Assembly: GCA_030704615.1 (NCBI GenBank)
Contig: CM060731.1
Location: 55,676,001 to 55,740,000, forward strand
From: Takakia lepidozioides
Taxonomy: Eukaryota > Plantae > Bryophyta
DNA: 64,000 nt
Direction: 5' to 3'
In this document: positions 62,221 to 64,000 of the stretch, in pieces
How positions within the stretch are numbered: the stretch's first letter is position 1
How the letters are laid out: every line of letters starts with the position of its first letter
Made by a program: the position numbers and the translations under genes
The notes under the pieces: model-generated
What the model saw: the letters and a program-made list of their open reading frames with translations, nothing else
The model's database searches: none
Told to the model about the DNA's origin: nothing

Positions 62221-62733
62221 CTGTGCCCGTTTGAGCTTGAATTTAGAACAAAGGTAAGTTTCAGTCACTCTGCAAAGTCCTCCCTCGTTTGGGATCCAGG
62301 CTCTCCCAGGTTGCGGAGGACAGCAAACTATAGCGTAGGAATTCGGAGCCATCGAACACCGCACGAAGTTGGCAAGTGCGAGGTTCAGTATAGTGACAGA
62401 CGAAGGCTCACAGGCACCATGCGAAGTCCATCGACGATTGGAAGTCGCACATTGAAGTGGAAAGTATAGTTTCAAGCTACATGCATGAAGGTGGGAGGTG
62501 TGATTCCATAGCCAGTAAATAAGACAATGATGGCCGAATCGGCGACGAAATAACATCTCCTGACAGTTTCTCCTGAGGGTGGATCCAGCAGTATTCTCGG
62601 TACGGACAGGAGCGTTCGCACTGACAAGTGCCAGGACTGTTAGTTAAAACGGTCAGGCAACCTAGTTGTGCTCATCAAGACTGGCCGCAATTCTGTTGTT
62701 TCGGAACAATGCAACCCATTCAGGTTCAGCATG

Positions 62734-64000
62734 CGGAAATGACGTTTCAGATTTCCGTCCGGAGTGATTCTTTCGATTGCTGCTGGACGGAAATACGGAG
62801 CCGCATTTCTGTATTGCGTCTTGGTCATACACCAGAGCGACGGAAATGCGGCACCAAGTTTCCGTCTGGGCAAAACCTTTACACTCTCCAGAACGGAAAT
62901 GCGGTACCGCATTTCCGTTCTGATTGAGAATCATGAACAAAGGGAAAAGAAATGCGGCACCGCATTTCCGTCCGAGTCGCACTTTCCGACATTCCATAAC
63001 CGAAATGCGGCGCCGCATTTCCGTCCGAGTCGCACTTTCCGACATTCCTGAACGGAAATGCGGCACCGCATTTCCGCCCGAGTGAGACCTTCATACTCTC
63101 CAGAACGGAAATGCGGTAACGCATTTCCATCCAGCAAGCAGGGTATGTGAAGGTGGAACGGAAATGCGGTACCGCATTTCCGTTCTGATTGAGAATCATG
63201 AACAAAGGGAAAAGAAATGCGGCACCGCATTTCCGTCCGAGTCGCACTTTCCGACATTCCTGAACGGAAATGCGGCACCGCATTTCCTCCCGAGTGAGAC
63301 CTTCATACTCTCCAGAACGGAAATGCGGTAACGCATTTCCATCCAGCAAGCACAGTATGTGAAGGTGGAACGGAAATGCGGTACCGCATTTCCGTTCTGA
63401 TTGAGAATTATGAACAACGGGAACAGAAATGCGGCACCGCATTTCCGTCCGAGTGGCACTTTCCGACATTCCAGAACGGAAATGCGGCGCCGCATTTCCG
63501 TTTTGTATCTGATGCATGGAGCCGAGTGCAATTCCGATCGCTTGAGACAGCGCAATTCCGACCGCTTCAGACATTCAGACTCTCCAGAACGGAAATGAGG
63601 TACCGCATTTCCGTTCTGACTGTAAATCGTGAACCATCGGAACTGAAATGCGGCAGCGCATTTCCATCCGAGTCGCACCTCCCTCACAAGCTAGAACGGA
63701 AATGCGGCACCGCATTTCCGTTCTTATGAAAAATCGTGAAACATCGGAACTGAAATGTGGTACAGCATTTCCGTCGGAGTCGCACCTTCCGACATTTCAA
63801 AACGGAAATACTGCGCCGCATTTCCGTTTTGTATGTGAGGCATAGAGCTTTGGATCAAAAATGCGGCACCGCATTTCCGCCAGGGTCAGACCTTAATACT
63901 CTACAGAACGGTAATGCGGTACCGCATTTCCGTTGTGACTGAAAATCGTCAACAACAGGAACAGAAATGCGATGCCGCATTTCCATTTATGTGAGACCTT
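62734..64000. repeat. Array of ~23 24-bp palindromes (CGGAAATGCGGYRCCGCATTTCCG) with 29-bp spacers and a 53-bp period
   Basis: Starts at 62734, 62788, 62841, 62894, 62947, 63000, 63053, 63106, 63159, 63212, 63265, 63318, 63371, 63424, 63477, 63590, 63643, 63697, 63750, 63803, 63856, 63909 and 63962. Confidence 0.92.

Larger units (their letters stand above)
60308..64000 (-). mobile_element. Mutator-like DNA transposon copy 2 (internally deleted), extends beyond the window
   Basis: Terminus 60308-60357; transposase 60355-62220 overlaps copy 1 over ~600 bp; palindrome array upstream. Confidence 0.75.

Noticed and set aside
62628-63942. Repetitive ORFs (GNAAPHFR / KCGAAF) over the palindrome array
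   Set aside because: These are translation artefacts of a palindromic 53-bp repeat that appear on both strands and in shifting frames.
62734-64000. Bona fide CRISPR array
   Set aside because: Spacers are related and recur in blocks, the repeats are degenerate, there are no cas genes, and the context is a eukaryotic transposon.

Overview
Eukaryotic, almost certainly land-plant, repeat-dense DNA: GT-AG introns, tRNA-iMet primer-binding sites and PLS-type PPR fragments are present, and I found no intact host gene. The window is a nest of three transposon families. (X) Three Ty3/gypsy LTR elements with ~2.1-2.25 kb LTRs: A (11447-22321, minus, full gag-pol) and B (31741-39629) and C (42816-50671), which are non-autonomous and carry a captured PPR fragment. 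(Y) At least five partial copies of a second Ty3/gypsy family with ~0.85-1.1 kb TGTTAG...GCGACA LTRs and a very long ORF downstream of integrase. (Z) Two inverted copies of a Mutator-like DNA transposon (GCM-like zinc domain + DDE + SWIM), associated with a 53-bp-phased array of 24-bp palindromes and a spliced ParB/Srx-like gene. Two observations stand out. First, all three X elements have asymmetric, circularly permuted ends: the 5' LTR lacks the terminal CACACTACA before the PBS, the 3' LTR has it, and a perfect 20-bp palindrome CACACTACA-TA-TGTAGTGTG follows the PPT. This is what integration from an end-joined (2-LTR circle-like) intermediate would produce. Second, the data suggest a two-gene MULE with a ParB-like gene and a phased palindrome array between divergent genes. 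Coordinates were read by eye and may be off by a few bases; many frameshifts could be decay or sequencing error.
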